A stretch of DNA of 64,000 nt from a virus (taxonomy: Duplodnaviria; Caudoviricetes): IMG/VR virus record IMGVR_UViG_3300014205_000183, one strand, 5' to 3'. Under the pieces are notes generated by a model, which saw nothing but the letters and a program-made list of their open reading frames with translations, made no database searches and was not told where the DNA came from. The position numbers and the translations under genes are program-made. Below, one piece after another: positions 21,372-30,929 of the stretch. The first letter of the stretch is position 1, and each line of letters begins with the position of its first letter.

Positions 21372-22920
21372 TTATAGTTTATTAACCAATTTCTCTAACA
21401 AAGATAGCCTGCGGGCAACCAGCAGATTCTTGCTCTCCAGGAGCTTAAATAGCTTGCGAACAGTAGATAACTTCAATCGAATAAGGTCGCCTGTATCCGG
21501 CTTATGCAGCACAACAGTCAAATAAGGCGATCTGCCGGTCTTTGAATGCGGGTAGTATAATGTCTCGGCTGTGGCCAGATCCTGCCCCAGATACGCTGTT
21601 ACCTTGTCTGACAGCTGCCTCGTAGCCATTACATTAAAATTCTTTAACCGTACAGGTTTAGGCATTTTAATACCCTTTCTAAAATTTTACATTAAAGTTA
21701 TACCATGAGGGCTATTTGTATCATGACATCGATTAGGACAGGTTAAATCTCGTCCGCATGCAGTACATTGTGCGCCGTCTTCCTTATTCACCTGTCGTAC
21801 CTCCCATACTCGGTTAGAGAGGTCATGCATAGTTAGTAGGTCAACTATCCTGCCTAGCACATATTTGTCTGTATACTCGTTAGTAGACTCAATCACCGCC
21901 ATTTTTATCTGGGGGTGCTCTCTCGGACTGTCCTTATTAGAACAAAATAATTCGTAGTTCATTTAATAGTATCTCCGGGATTATAGGTATCTAACATAGC
22001 GGAGCCAAATAAATTAGCATACACATTATTTGCATCTCGCACATAAAGATGCTCTACGTGATTCTCAGAAGTTGCATGCTTTGCGATAACAATAATTGGG
22101 CGAGTTAAAGAATTTAATTTGACTATGTCCTGCTCCATATCCGAACAACCCTGGCAGCCACTCAAGCAAAATAACATACCTCCGTAAATAACTAACTTTT
22201 TCATTCAGTACCCCCAAGAATAATATCTATACAACTATGGTTTGCGTGCTATTCTAAGCCGCCACCAACCTAAACGCACCTGGACACCTAAGAACTTAGT
22301 AACCTGCCCCTTTACAACTGCGCGGTAAAAGTATCCCTCACCCTTAGAGACATCCCACCATATAGTTTCAAATCCAAACCCGCAGTAGTTCATATATTAT
22401 GATTCTTTCTTTTCATCTTGCATTTGTGGGTGTACCTTATCAGGTGTCGCTGTAAAATTTACGGTAACAGAGTATTTTTCTGGAGTATGGGACTCCATTA
22501 TCATATGAGGTTGCAGGTTGTGCGTCACCCCTCTCCTTAAATCCGGCGCCAGACTGCGAGTATCGAGGCAAAGCCGCTCAATACGAACATCCACAAGGTC
22601 AGCCCCTCTGTTCTTTAACAACAAGGCTAGGTCATCTACTCGCATAAGCATTATTTTACTCTCCGCTTCTCACTATTGACTTTATTAGACTTGGTATCCT
22701 TGCGTTTCTTAACTATCTCACATGAATATTCATGCGGAGGTTTAGGCAGTTGAGTAGTCATTATAAAACCATTGGATTCCTTGCCTTTTTCTATTATCTC
22801 AAACATACCATACCAAGCATCCAACCATCTGCACAACAGCGTACCGCTAATCGTCACCAGCCTAAATTCAAATTTATCATCTCCCTCTTTTGCTTTTTTC
22901 TGACATTCAACTAGTGTCAT
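21372..22920 (-). CDS. Run of small hypothetical ORFs (21372-21665, 21687-21962, 21959-22204 lipoprotein-like, 22397-22651, 22651-22920)
   Basis: ORF track; LSGC lipobox in 21959-22204. Confidence 0.55.
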
Positions 22921-23333
22921 AACTCCTCCCGCAGCTCATAAAAAGTTGGTGGTGCATCTAAATTAAAAATTGAAGGTTCAGGCTCTGTACGGCCCAACAT
23001 ACGAACAAACACTGTTTTGTTAAGTTTACTTGCGCGGTCAATCATATCCTTGGTACCTTTACTACGCCCATCCCACACCGCGATAAGAGCGTCGGCGTAA
23101 TCAGCCATCTGCTGATTGCGCACCGGTCCGGCAAGTTTTCCATGCTTGTTCCACTCAGCAGGAAATCTTTTAACGGGTATCCCAGAGGCAGCTGCCCACT
23201 GTTCACCCAGCGTATCAACACCTCTAGCGCAACCACTGACTACTTCTGTAATATTGAAGTTAGCCGCCTTAATGACAGCACATACTTTTTCATATTCAAT
23301 AACTGTTCGACTACCTGCAATAATAGTTCTCAT
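22917..23333 (-). CDS. SLOG-superfamily (DUF2493/YspA-like) protein
   Basis: IIAGSR, VVSGCARGVD, AGPVRNQQMA, WDGRSKGT. Confidence 0.88.
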   Translation of the reverse strand: MRTIIAGSRTVIEYEKVCAVIKAANFNITEVVSGCARGVDTLGEQWAAASGIPVKRFPAEWNKHGKLAGPVRNQQMADYADALIAVWDGRSKGTKDMIDRASKLNKTVFVRMLGRTEPEPSIFNLDAPPTFYELREEL

Positions 23334-24558
23334 TTAGCTAACTCTCCTGCCTTCCATGAATCTATAAGCCGGATTGTTAAAGACATAAGTGCTGCATGTC
23401 GCTCTAGCTGGGCATCCTGTTCTTCTTTAATTCTACTCAATATCCACTGCGATACCTCTTGAAGGTCAGATGGGGTTATATGTGGATTGGGATTTTTTAT
23501 CAACCCAATGATAGGGTTAACCACCCCATGGACTGGCGTTAGCTTCAACGCTTCCAGACGGTCCCACAGCTGCATCCTAGTAAGTATATAGGTTTCAATG
23601 TGCGGTGCCGGGGTCTCGGCTTGCTCAGGTAGTATAGCCGGATAACCTGGCTCTTCCGGTTTATTAGCACAATTACACTCCTCAAGCGGCTCATGCCAAT
23701 TACCATAAGCACAAAGACGTGAATCATTGTACTGCGAATATTGCCTATATTGCCTGGCCGTATCTAATATATCCTGCAACTCTTTTTGAGTCTTCTTACG
23801 CATCTGTGCTCCTTATAAATTACATCAGTCCGCCAGGCTTATCAGGTTTCCCCGGATGTCGTTCTTCCCTAATAGTATGTTTAGCTATTGAACTTAATGT
23901 TCCACCAAATACGTTGGCCAACACCCGTAATTCCTCACCATATGTCAACTCTTTACAAGCCTCTATTAATACCCCTTTGATTTTAAACTCTGCTTCCTGT
24001 ACCAAAGATTCTCGATCGTGAATTCGAGGTAGATCACCAAACGCCATTGTCCCCTCCTCTTTCCTATCAGGTATGTATCTTTGTTTTGCAAGCTAAAACA
24101 TTCTCCAATTCGGAGATGATTGTTTCCGCTCTACGCAGCCTCTTTAGTAACAGCATAAATGAGGCAGAATGTTTAATTTTGTGAAAATTAACCTGATGAA
24201 AATGCTCAATTTCTTTTAATGTACCCTGCTGTATTATTTTTTCATACTCTCGCTGGTCAACTAAGTATCTTTCGGCAGATGTGGGATTAGGAATAACACC
24301 CAGACCTTCACAACGTTCACAAGGCATGCCGTGAGATACATGCGGTTGATCCCCTGTTCCTCTGCACGATGGACATGTTTTTAGTTGTGTTTCAGAATCT
24401 GTGTCTTTTACTTCCATAGAGACTGCACCCAGAAAACCAAAACCCTTTACCGCAGCATCAAACTGTGCTTCTGTTATTTGAACCAAATCAGGTGATGTGT
24501 CAGATAATTGTGCAGTCATAGTTCTTCCCGAGGGGGTTATCAAATTTACTTGCTTCAT
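23330..24558 (-). CDS. Three hypothetical ORFs (23330-23803, 23820-24047, 24067-24558 with DnaJ-like CxxCxGxG repeats)
   Basis: ORF track; RBSs; CPSCRGTG and CERCEGLG. Confidence 0.6.
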
Positions 24559-24971
24559 TTATGCCTCCACAACAATAGTTAAAAATCTGCGGGGTTTTAA
24601 GTGGACCCCGCAAGAAACCACCAACAACTTGTACGCTCTTACGAGGCGTGTGCCAGCGAGGCAGTGATAAAATCCACCTTGCATACCCGTGTTGCACCTG
24701 GAGCACGGTACAGGTCGGGGGAGGGTTATAAGCTCCTCCGAAGAAATGCCTTTATTATGAGGCATACGCTGGATATCAATCAGCATTTTATTTTTAAAAC
24801 CCCAGCCGGGCTGCCTATTTCCCGTGAAGCCAGTTATAGACGTCCGCCTTTCAGCGTCGGCCACTGGGGAGTATTTAAAGCAGCCGCCCCCTTGGGTATG
24901 AGCCATTACCCTCAGTACCAAAAACCTTTACAAGAGACTCACTAGTTTTAGCGGCTGCTAATTTTCTCATT

Positions 24972-25151
24972 TTAGTCTATCCGTGTGAATGCGTCAACAA
25001 TATGTGCATCCCTCTCATCGTCATAAGATATCGTGTCATGTAAAGAGGCACGTTCATTTCTCCCACCTGCATCATACCCTGCACTAAACGCAGCCTCCAG
25101 CATAGCTTTTAATTTACTCTCTTCTATTGTGTGTAATTTGGTGGCCGACAT
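24972..25151 (-). CDS. 59-aa hypothetical protein (below ORF-track cutoff)
   Basis: GGAGG RBS; ATG at 25151; TTGACT promoter at 25205. Confidence 0.55.
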   Translation of the reverse strand: MSATKLHTIEESKLKAMLEAAFSAGYDAGGRNERASLHDTISYDDERDAHIVDAFTRID

Positions 25152-25220
25152 AATAACCTCCCGTTAAACAGTTATTAAAATAAATACTGTAATAATGAAA
25201 GTCAACAAAAAAATAAAATA

Positions 25221-25466
25221 TTATTGTAATAGCCCTTTAGCTACTGCATTGTGCACTTCATATGTCCAAGCAATGGCTGCATCCTCAAACTTATTAAAGG
25301 CAGCCTTTCTAACTTCTATAGCTCTGTGAACTGCTGCGTAACATTGTTGCAATTCAGCATCTGTAACAGTGTGTATATTTTGAACAATGCCTTGAGGACT
25401 GCCGCCTATATCACCAAATATAGCACGCCCTTTATTAAATAACTCCTCGAATATCTTATCATTCAT
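25221..25466 (-). CDS. Hypothetical protein
   Basis: ORF with AAGGA RBS. Confidence 0.55.
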   Translation of the reverse strand: MNDKIFEELFNKGRAIFGDIGGSPQGIVQNIHTVTDAELQQCYAAVHRAIEVRKAAFNKFEDAAIAWTYEVHNAVAKGLLQ

Positions 25467-25492
25467 CGCGTGTATCCTTTGATTAGATTCAA

Positions 25493-25522
25493 TAAAAAAC
25501 CCCAACCAAGTATGGCTGGGGT
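25493..25522 (-). terminator. Intrinsic terminator after the Ro60 gene
   Basis: AACCCCAGCCA/TGGTTGGGGTT hairpin plus U tract. Confidence 0.75.
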
Positions 25523-25533
25523 TGTGTTACTTC

Positions 25534-26997
25534 TTATCTGAGATTTTCAACCTCTCTAATATAAGACAAGATACCCTCGCTGAAGCCGCTGATATGGTTC
25601 CAAGTTCCCCTAGGACCTACACCGTGCTCTGCTGAAGCCACGTTAACCATGTAAGCCAGCGGCGTTCTGGCGTTTGGAACTGATGTCCTGGACTGCTCAT
25701 CGGTGAACACTATAAGCCGGTCATAATCCTTCTTCTCTGCTGCGGATACTGCATAGGCGATGTCAGTGCCACCACCGAATACAGCGCCTGCCAAGGCATC
25801 CCGCAAAGCGAATCCTTTGCGTGGTGGCAACAGCAGTAACTCACCCCTATTGCCAAAGCTGTAAATATCTACATCATCACAAACCCATCGCAACACCATG
25901 GCCAACCCGAAGGCAGCCTCGTATCGCATAAGTTCTGACTTATCAGATAGAGGGTCTTTCATCGAACCACTAGTATCTACCAGCAACGCTGTACGACCAG
26001 CCAATTTAACCTGGCTTAATATAGACTTCTCCATAACGGCCTCTAACTCTGGCTCAAAAGCCGGCGCATGCTTGGCTGCGGCGATGAATCTGAATGGCAA
26101 TATCTTGCTAGTCTTCATAGCAAGCAACGCCTCCTTTATTAACGCCCGGTCAACACCTGCCTGCTCCATGTTACGCAAGTTGCGTAACAAGGCCATCCCA
26201 CCAAGCAGCTCCTCCTTTATCAGGCGAGTGAAGGTCTTCTTCTTATCTGCACCTGCACTTAAAGCGGTCTCCCAGGTATCTGGGATAGGTAATACAGCCT
26301 CCTCATAGTTGGTGCATGGCTCACCTGGCTTACGCCGCTTTACTGGCTTCTTAGCCTTCTTGCGAGCCTGTTCAGCCTTCTTTATAGCTGCTGGAGAGGC
26401 ATGGTCGTCACACTTACACCAACAATGCTTACAGAAGTTACCACTAAGGGTCTTGAACAGTCTGTCCTGCTCCTTATCAACTGCCTTTGGTCTAGCCAAA
26501 AACAACACGTCACGCAACTTCACAGCTGCATTGTTGAAGTCCCACTTAGACAGACGCTCAAGATCAAACTTACCGAGACCGGCAGCCAATCCTCGCTTAA
26601 GCTGCTTGGATAGCATCTTGCGGTCACCGTTTACTGACCAGTAAAGGCTTACCAACTCGCCCAGCTCATCTGGGCGCTGAATCACAGCCTCTGCGGTCTT
26701 GGCCACAAACTCAGGATGAAACTTGCACATAGCAACGACAATCATGAGTGGGGCATGCCGCATATGCCACTTTGACCGAACCTCTATAGCCCAATCACTG
26801 GCAAACTGACCAGACACCTTGGCCACTGCATCATATATAGCAGTCTTTATGGTCTTACCATCTACATAGAACTGATCCTCTCCCAGGAAGCAACAGGCAG
26901 TTAGCCGTTGTAGTAGCTGCTCTGGAGTATTTCTGATAGCTACCGCACCCTCGTGGGTGTGTGGAGCTGGGGTTACGATTTTACGATTTGACTTCAT
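25534..26997 (-). CDS. rsr: Ro60/TROVE-domain RNA-binding protein with C-terminal vWA domain
   Basis: THEG, QRPDE, PDTWETALS, MALLRNLRNM, PFRF, VDTSGSM MIDAS, GGGTD, FTDEQ. Confidence 0.93.
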   Translation of the reverse strand: MKSNRKIVTPAPHTHEGAVAIRNTPEQLLQRLTACCFLGEDQFYVDGKTIKTAIYDAVAKVSGQFASDWAIEVRSKWHMRHAPLMIVVAMCKFHPEFVAKTAEAVIQRPDELGELVSLYWSVNGDRKMLSKQLKRGLAAGLGKFDLERLSKWDFNNAAVKLRDVLFLARPKAVDKEQDRLFKTLSGNFCKHCWCKCDDHASPAAIKKAEQARKKAKKPVKRRKPGEPCTNYEEAVLPIPDTWETALSAGADKKKTFTRLIKEELLGGMALLRNLRNMEQAGVDRALIKEALLAMKTSKILPFRFIAAAKHAPAFEPELEAVMEKSILSQVKLAGRTALLVDTSGSMKDPLSDKSELMRYEAAFGLAMVLRWVCDDVDIYSFGNRGELLLLPPRKGFALRDALAGAVFGGGTDIAYAVSAAEKKDYDRLIVFTDEQSRTSVPNARTPLAYMVNVASAEHGVGPRGTWNHISGFSEGILSYIREVENLR

Positions 26998-27245
26998 TGG
27001 ATATCCTTTCTTTTATATGAAACAATTCTTTCAAGAGGTTTCTCATCCTCATTAGCGGCTCTAATCGCAGCTGTACACACATATTGACAATGATACATAT
27101 GTACAGAAGCAGTGTCATACAACTCAGCAAATCCGTCTACTGTGCTAGCTAGGGCGTGTTCTGTTATATCTTTGGGTATATGTACTAATCTACGTTCTAA
27201 CTCGTTGTCTGCATTCACTAATAGAATTGTACCTTCGATAGCCAT
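26994..27245 (-). CDS. Small hypothetical protein coupled to Ro60
   Basis: AGGAGG RBS before ATG 27245; ATGA overlap with the Ro60 start. Confidence 0.6.
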   Translation of the reverse strand: MAIEGTILLVNADNELERRLVHIPKDITEHALASTVDGFAELYDTASVHMYHCQYVCTAAIRAANEDEKPLERIVSYKRKDIQ

Positions 27246-27270
27246 TACATACCTCCTGTTAAGTACAAAT

Positions 27271-27300
27271 AAAAAAGCCACGGACAATATGTTCGTGGCT
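27271..27300 (-). terminator. Intrinsic terminator between the Y RNAs and the Ro60 operon
   Basis: AGCCACGAACA/TGTCCGTGGCT plus U6. Confidence 0.7.
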
Positions 27301-27315
27301 AGATTTATAAAGTAT

Positions 27316-27447
27316 TGCGGGTAACGCATGAAACGAGCTTTTTTTGACGGTTGCTCTGCCAACTGAGCTACAGCAGCCTAAGCCGCTGATGGGACTCGAA
27401 CCCATGACCTACTGTGTGGTTGAAGTATTCGTCTCTCCAACACCGCA
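27316..27447 (-). ncRNA. yrlA: YrlA-type Y RNA 1
   Basis: Paired termini, UACUUC motif, T arm (GGUUCGAGUCC) preceding D arm (GUAGCUCAGUUGGCAGAGC); adjacent to Ro60. Confidence 0.85.
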
Positions 27448-27455
27448 AATTATAA

Positions 27456-27541
27456 ATCCGGGAACGTTCGACTGCCGTTAGTGGGTTACCCCACGGTCAT
27501 ACCAAAAAAGAATGAAGTAACGGATGTCTATCACCACGGAT
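27456..27541 (-). ncRNA. Short Y RNA 2 (no tRNA-like module)
   Basis: Same terminal motifs CGUGGUGAUAG..UACUUC / CGUUCCCGG. Confidence 0.75.
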
Positions 27542-27557
27542 CATTTTTCTTATTAAT

Positions 27558-27671
27558 AAGTCGGGAACGGGCACTGCACGTTAGCCCTTACCAAATAGGG
27601 CGAGGCATCTGGCGTTAACCAGGTGCACTGGGATTTGAACCTAGAAGTAGGTGCAATAATCACCACGACTT
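27558..27671 (-). ncRNA. Y RNA 3 (divergent tRNA-like module)
   Basis: Same terminal motifs; GGUUCAAAUCC T arm. Confidence 0.75.
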
Positions 27672-28444
27672 GAATATGTGAAAGAACAAATAGACCAATT
27701 TATAAACCCAGTTAGAGGAAAAATAGAGGTAAAAAATAACCCCTACCGTGGCTGTTGCCAGTACCGCCCTCCAACCAAGCAATTTTTAAGAGTAGCTTGA
27801 GTGTCGGTACCGGTACTAATGATCTGTCCATATGAACAAACCCGTTCTCAGCCCTTGTTCTCTCACTACTCAACGTTTAAGGTTACCTTGATAATATTAG
27901 CTAACATTAATGTGGCCACAAAGAACGTCGAATACCAGGTACTGGTTATGAGCCAGCAGTCCAATATCACCTTTAAGACCTTCTTGCTACCAAAATATTA
28001 TCAAAGAACCAGTTTCTGTGTTCACGGGAGTGTCAGGCATCATCAGTGCAGGATTGAGAGCTACCCGGGCAGAATCGATTCTACTTGACCGGACAATCCT
28101 AACTGCACCCAACACAAGAAACTCCCGAGAACACACAATCAATTTGGAGCCAGACGCCCCCGGTTGATTAGACCGAAGGTTTGCTACGGAATCACCCGTA
28201 TGCTGGCAAGTTTTTACCTCTCTTCGTATCTCTACAGGCAGGAGGAGATCCCGGGAGCTGTTTTACCAGCCGCCACCCACCACCGTATTTTGTTAAATAC
28301 GGAAAATATTTCTCGTCGTAAGAATAAAGAGGCTTGTGGCCCCGCCTGGTCCCCGGCCTTACAACGAAATTTTAAAGGGGGTATATCCTTATCTTTTAGG
28401 GATAAGTGCCCTCGGGTGGAGTCTATATACCCTTTAATTTATAA

Positions 28445-28579
28445 TGCCGGTAACGTGCGAAACACTGACGTGTGCGCTCTACCACTGAGCTACGTTCGGC
28501 ATGAATGGGCCAAACGACAGGATTCGAACCTGTGACCTCACCCTCCAAAAGGGAAGTAAGTGTATCTATCAACACGGCA
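28445..28579 (-). ncRNA. yrlA: YrlA-type Y RNA 4
   Basis: GCCGUGUUGAUAG..UACUUC, T arm GGUUCGAAUCC, then D arm GUAGCUCAGUGGUAGAGC, CGUUACCGGC. Confidence 0.85.
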
Positions 28580-28615
28580 AATTTTATATCAAAGAACAAG
28601 CTAATCTACAAACCT

Positions 28616-28738
28616 CAGCAGAAGTGGGAGTCGAACCCACAGAACCCAGAGAGATAACAGACTCTCTAAGTAACCTCTTTTCGCTTGCCGTTATCGCAGC
28701 TACTCGAAAGCGCGGCTGCCAATTTTCGCCATTCTGCT
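28616..28738 (-). ncRNA. tRNA-like RNA with an expanded anticodon/variable region
   Basis: AGCAGAA/UUCUGCU acceptor, D arm, GUGGG-UUCGACU-CCCAC T arm; no 7-nt anticodon loop. Confidence 0.65.
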
Positions 28739-29639
28739 GATTTCTTTTTAACGATCATAGAGGGGCATGGTCAGCACGGAGGTTTATAAGCCCCTCACCG
28801 CTGAGTATTTAATTCAGCTTCAACCAACTATGCTTGTCCTCTACAATCTACATGTCAAAGTCATGGGTCAGAATTTAGTCAAAAACTTAACCTAAACCCT
28901 AAGTCTCTGCTTCTGTTTGGACTGGCTACCGTCCATGCAAATATGGCGCCCCTACAATAGAGTGACTATTCACAACACTTGCCCTAATGCCTTGCAGTTA
29001 CCCCGGGTGCGGCACCTACTCTAGTGTCATTGCAGCATCTCTTCGCTGCGTAGAGGACTTTTAATAAGTGCTACTAGATCCGGTTGTTGGAGCTGCATTA
29101 GCGCCTAGAGAGGATGTGTTCGCACGGTTTAAAGATTCTCACAAGGTTGGGCAGGTAGTGTCTCCTGCTCTGACTGGTCAAGCCTCTTTATTCTCGGCCC
29201 TTCCCACGTAACCAACGGGTGAGCTTCCGAGTTCATCAACGTGTTTCAACGCTGCACCAACCCTGTCAGAATCCTTAACTCTTTTACAAGTGAGGTTGGC
29301 TAACACGCACTTGTGTCCGAGTTGTTTACCGAGTTCGCTCGGTGGTCCACGGGCAACCCTGCGTTGCTCCTCACTTATTTTTTAAGGGTGTCCTGAACTT
29401 TAGACGAACTGCGTCAAGCAAGCCGGATCGTGACCCCGGATTTCCCTAAGTTTGAAGACACAGCCAAGGGTCGCGCCCTTCTCGACGGTCTCTCACCGCA
29501 AGCCATGCCAAATTTATAAACCAACAGGAGATATATCCATAAGGATATAACAAAGTTACTGGAGCAATTACGCTTCATCACAACGGTAGCGACCTTACGG
29601 TGCGCCCATCCTGTTGATAATTTATTTCAAAGAACAAAA

Positions 29640-29838
29640 ATCATATATCGATGGAGTCGAACCACCTAGTCTGCCTACTTACATTTACCTACCGGATTTT
29701 CATGTCCGTTCCAGTGTAGGCCGTGCACCAGTTGTTTAGACCGCACACGTACAGGATTTGAACCCGCAATAAATGTGTGCTTCAACAGCATTTGCAGCTT
29801 ACGAGGCTACTGCGTTCACCATGACGCCCCACATATGA
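29640..29838 (-). ncRNA. ~200-nt tRNA-like RNA (anticodon CGU, very large variable region)
   Basis: UCAUAUG/UAUAUGA termini, D arm, GUAGC-CUCGUAA-GCUGC arm, two T-loop hairpins. Confidence 0.6.
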
Positions 29839-29867
29839 TTTTAAAAGAACATTTTAATTTCCTAAAT

Positions 29868-29896
29868 AACATAAACTATTAAAAATTAAAAGTCAA
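29868..29896 (-). promoter_or_regulatory. Promoter for the ncRNA island/Ro60 unit
   Basis: TTGACT-17-TATGTT with the shared upstream T tract; boxA-like site just downstream. Confidence 0.7.
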
Positions 29897-30035
29897 CATA
29901 AAAATAAAAAAAAATTATCACACTCGGTACGATTATTCTTTACATCTCATTTTTAACACTATATATTAGCAGCATCATCGACCAACGGAGTTTAACCATT
30001 TTGATATCTACTCCGTATATCAAGAAAGGACATGT

Positions 30036-30740
30036 ATGATGCATTCAAATTCTTTTGTCTTAGCTGTCAAGTCGGCGGACAACAAAATCCTTCGTGAAAT
30101 CGGAGGACAGGTTTTCCTCACATTCAATTCAGAGTATTCTCTCCTGCTGAAGAACCTTAACAATGTAAAAAGCTGTTGCACAGTTAGCATTGACGGAACG
30201 GATGTTCTAGGTGGTCACGAGTTGATCGTCGAAGCACATTCCAGTATTGACCTAGAGAGATTTGTGGTAGATGGCAACTTTGGAAGTGGTCGCCGCTTCA
30301 AATTTGTACCACTTACGGACTCTAAGGTACAAGACCCCTCTTCTGCTGAAAATGGTATCGTGGAAGTGCGGTTCTGGAAAGAGAAAGTTATTCAACCTAT
30401 CTTCATAGGGAGTAACTCTCTTCTTCGATCAAGCGGGGTGATCCATCCTAACTCCAGCAGTTGCTTCTATTCAGCTCCTATAGGTACTGCCTGCTGTGAT
30501 AGTATGGCTACTCCAGCGGCTGCGGGGGCTACTGTAGAAGGTGCATATAGCAATCAGCAGTTTGGCAGCGGATACTTCGGAGAAAAAGACGGGGCACCCA
30601 CCGTGCTGCGGCTTAAGTTGGTTGGTCAGGTAGATAAACCACTAACAGTAGAAGCTACTAAAAATAAACACTGCACTAACTGTGGCCGAAAAGCCAAGTT
30701 CAATGATTATTTCTGTGGTGGCTGCGGTAAAGCTCTATAA
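30036..30740 (+). CDS. Hypothetical protein with C-terminal Zn ribbon
   Basis: AAGGA RBS; CTNC..CGGC. Confidence 0.75.
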   Translation: MMHSNSFVLAVKSADNKILREIGGQVFLTFNSEYSLLLKNLNNVKSCCTVSIDGTDVLGGHELIVEAHSSIDLERFVVDGNFGSGRRFKFVPLTDSKVQDPSSAENGIVEVRFWKEKVIQPIFIGSNSLLRSSGVIHPNSSSCFYSAPIGTACCDSMATPAAAGATVEGAYSNQQFGSGYFGEKDGAPTVLRLKLVGQVDKPLTVEATKNKHCTNCGRKAKFNDYFCGGCGKAL

Positions 30741-30763
30741 GATCCAGTTACTCGGTCGATGAC

Positions 30764-30795
30764 AGCCCGGCTTCCATGGTGGAGGCCGGGTTTTT
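30764..30795. terminator. Terminator hairpin between the convergent CDS and tRNA array
   Basis: CCCGGCTTCCA/TGGAGGCCGGG, U tract on + strand. Confidence 0.75.
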
Positions 30796-30802
30796 AATTT
30801 AA

Positions 30803-30925
30803 TGCCGGTAACGTGCGTTTTCGGATGTTTTTTGTTTTACCATTAAACTACACCTTACGGCGTCGGGATTCGAACCCGAATCTTTCTTTAGACAGAAGAA
30901 GTATCCGATAACTATCAACACGGCA
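30803..30925 (-). ncRNA. yrlA: YrlA-type Y RNA 5 (last RNA of the tRNA array)
   Basis: Termini identical to Y RNA 4; T arm then D arm. Confidence 0.82.
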
Positions 30926-30929
30926 ATTT

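Noticed and set aside
24800-24845. ZTP-riboswitch-like words (ACUGGC..CACGGG..CUGGG)
   Set aside because: Pseudoknot complement and P2 missing; no purine/folate gene downstream
27700-28000. GOLLD/ROOL assignment
   Set aside because: Only a vague GAGUAG resemblance and too short; left unassigned pending cmscan
29203-29225. CCACGTAA...GGTGAGC resembling the raiA motif
   Set aside because: Short match on the strand opposite to transcription; the rest of the motif is absent
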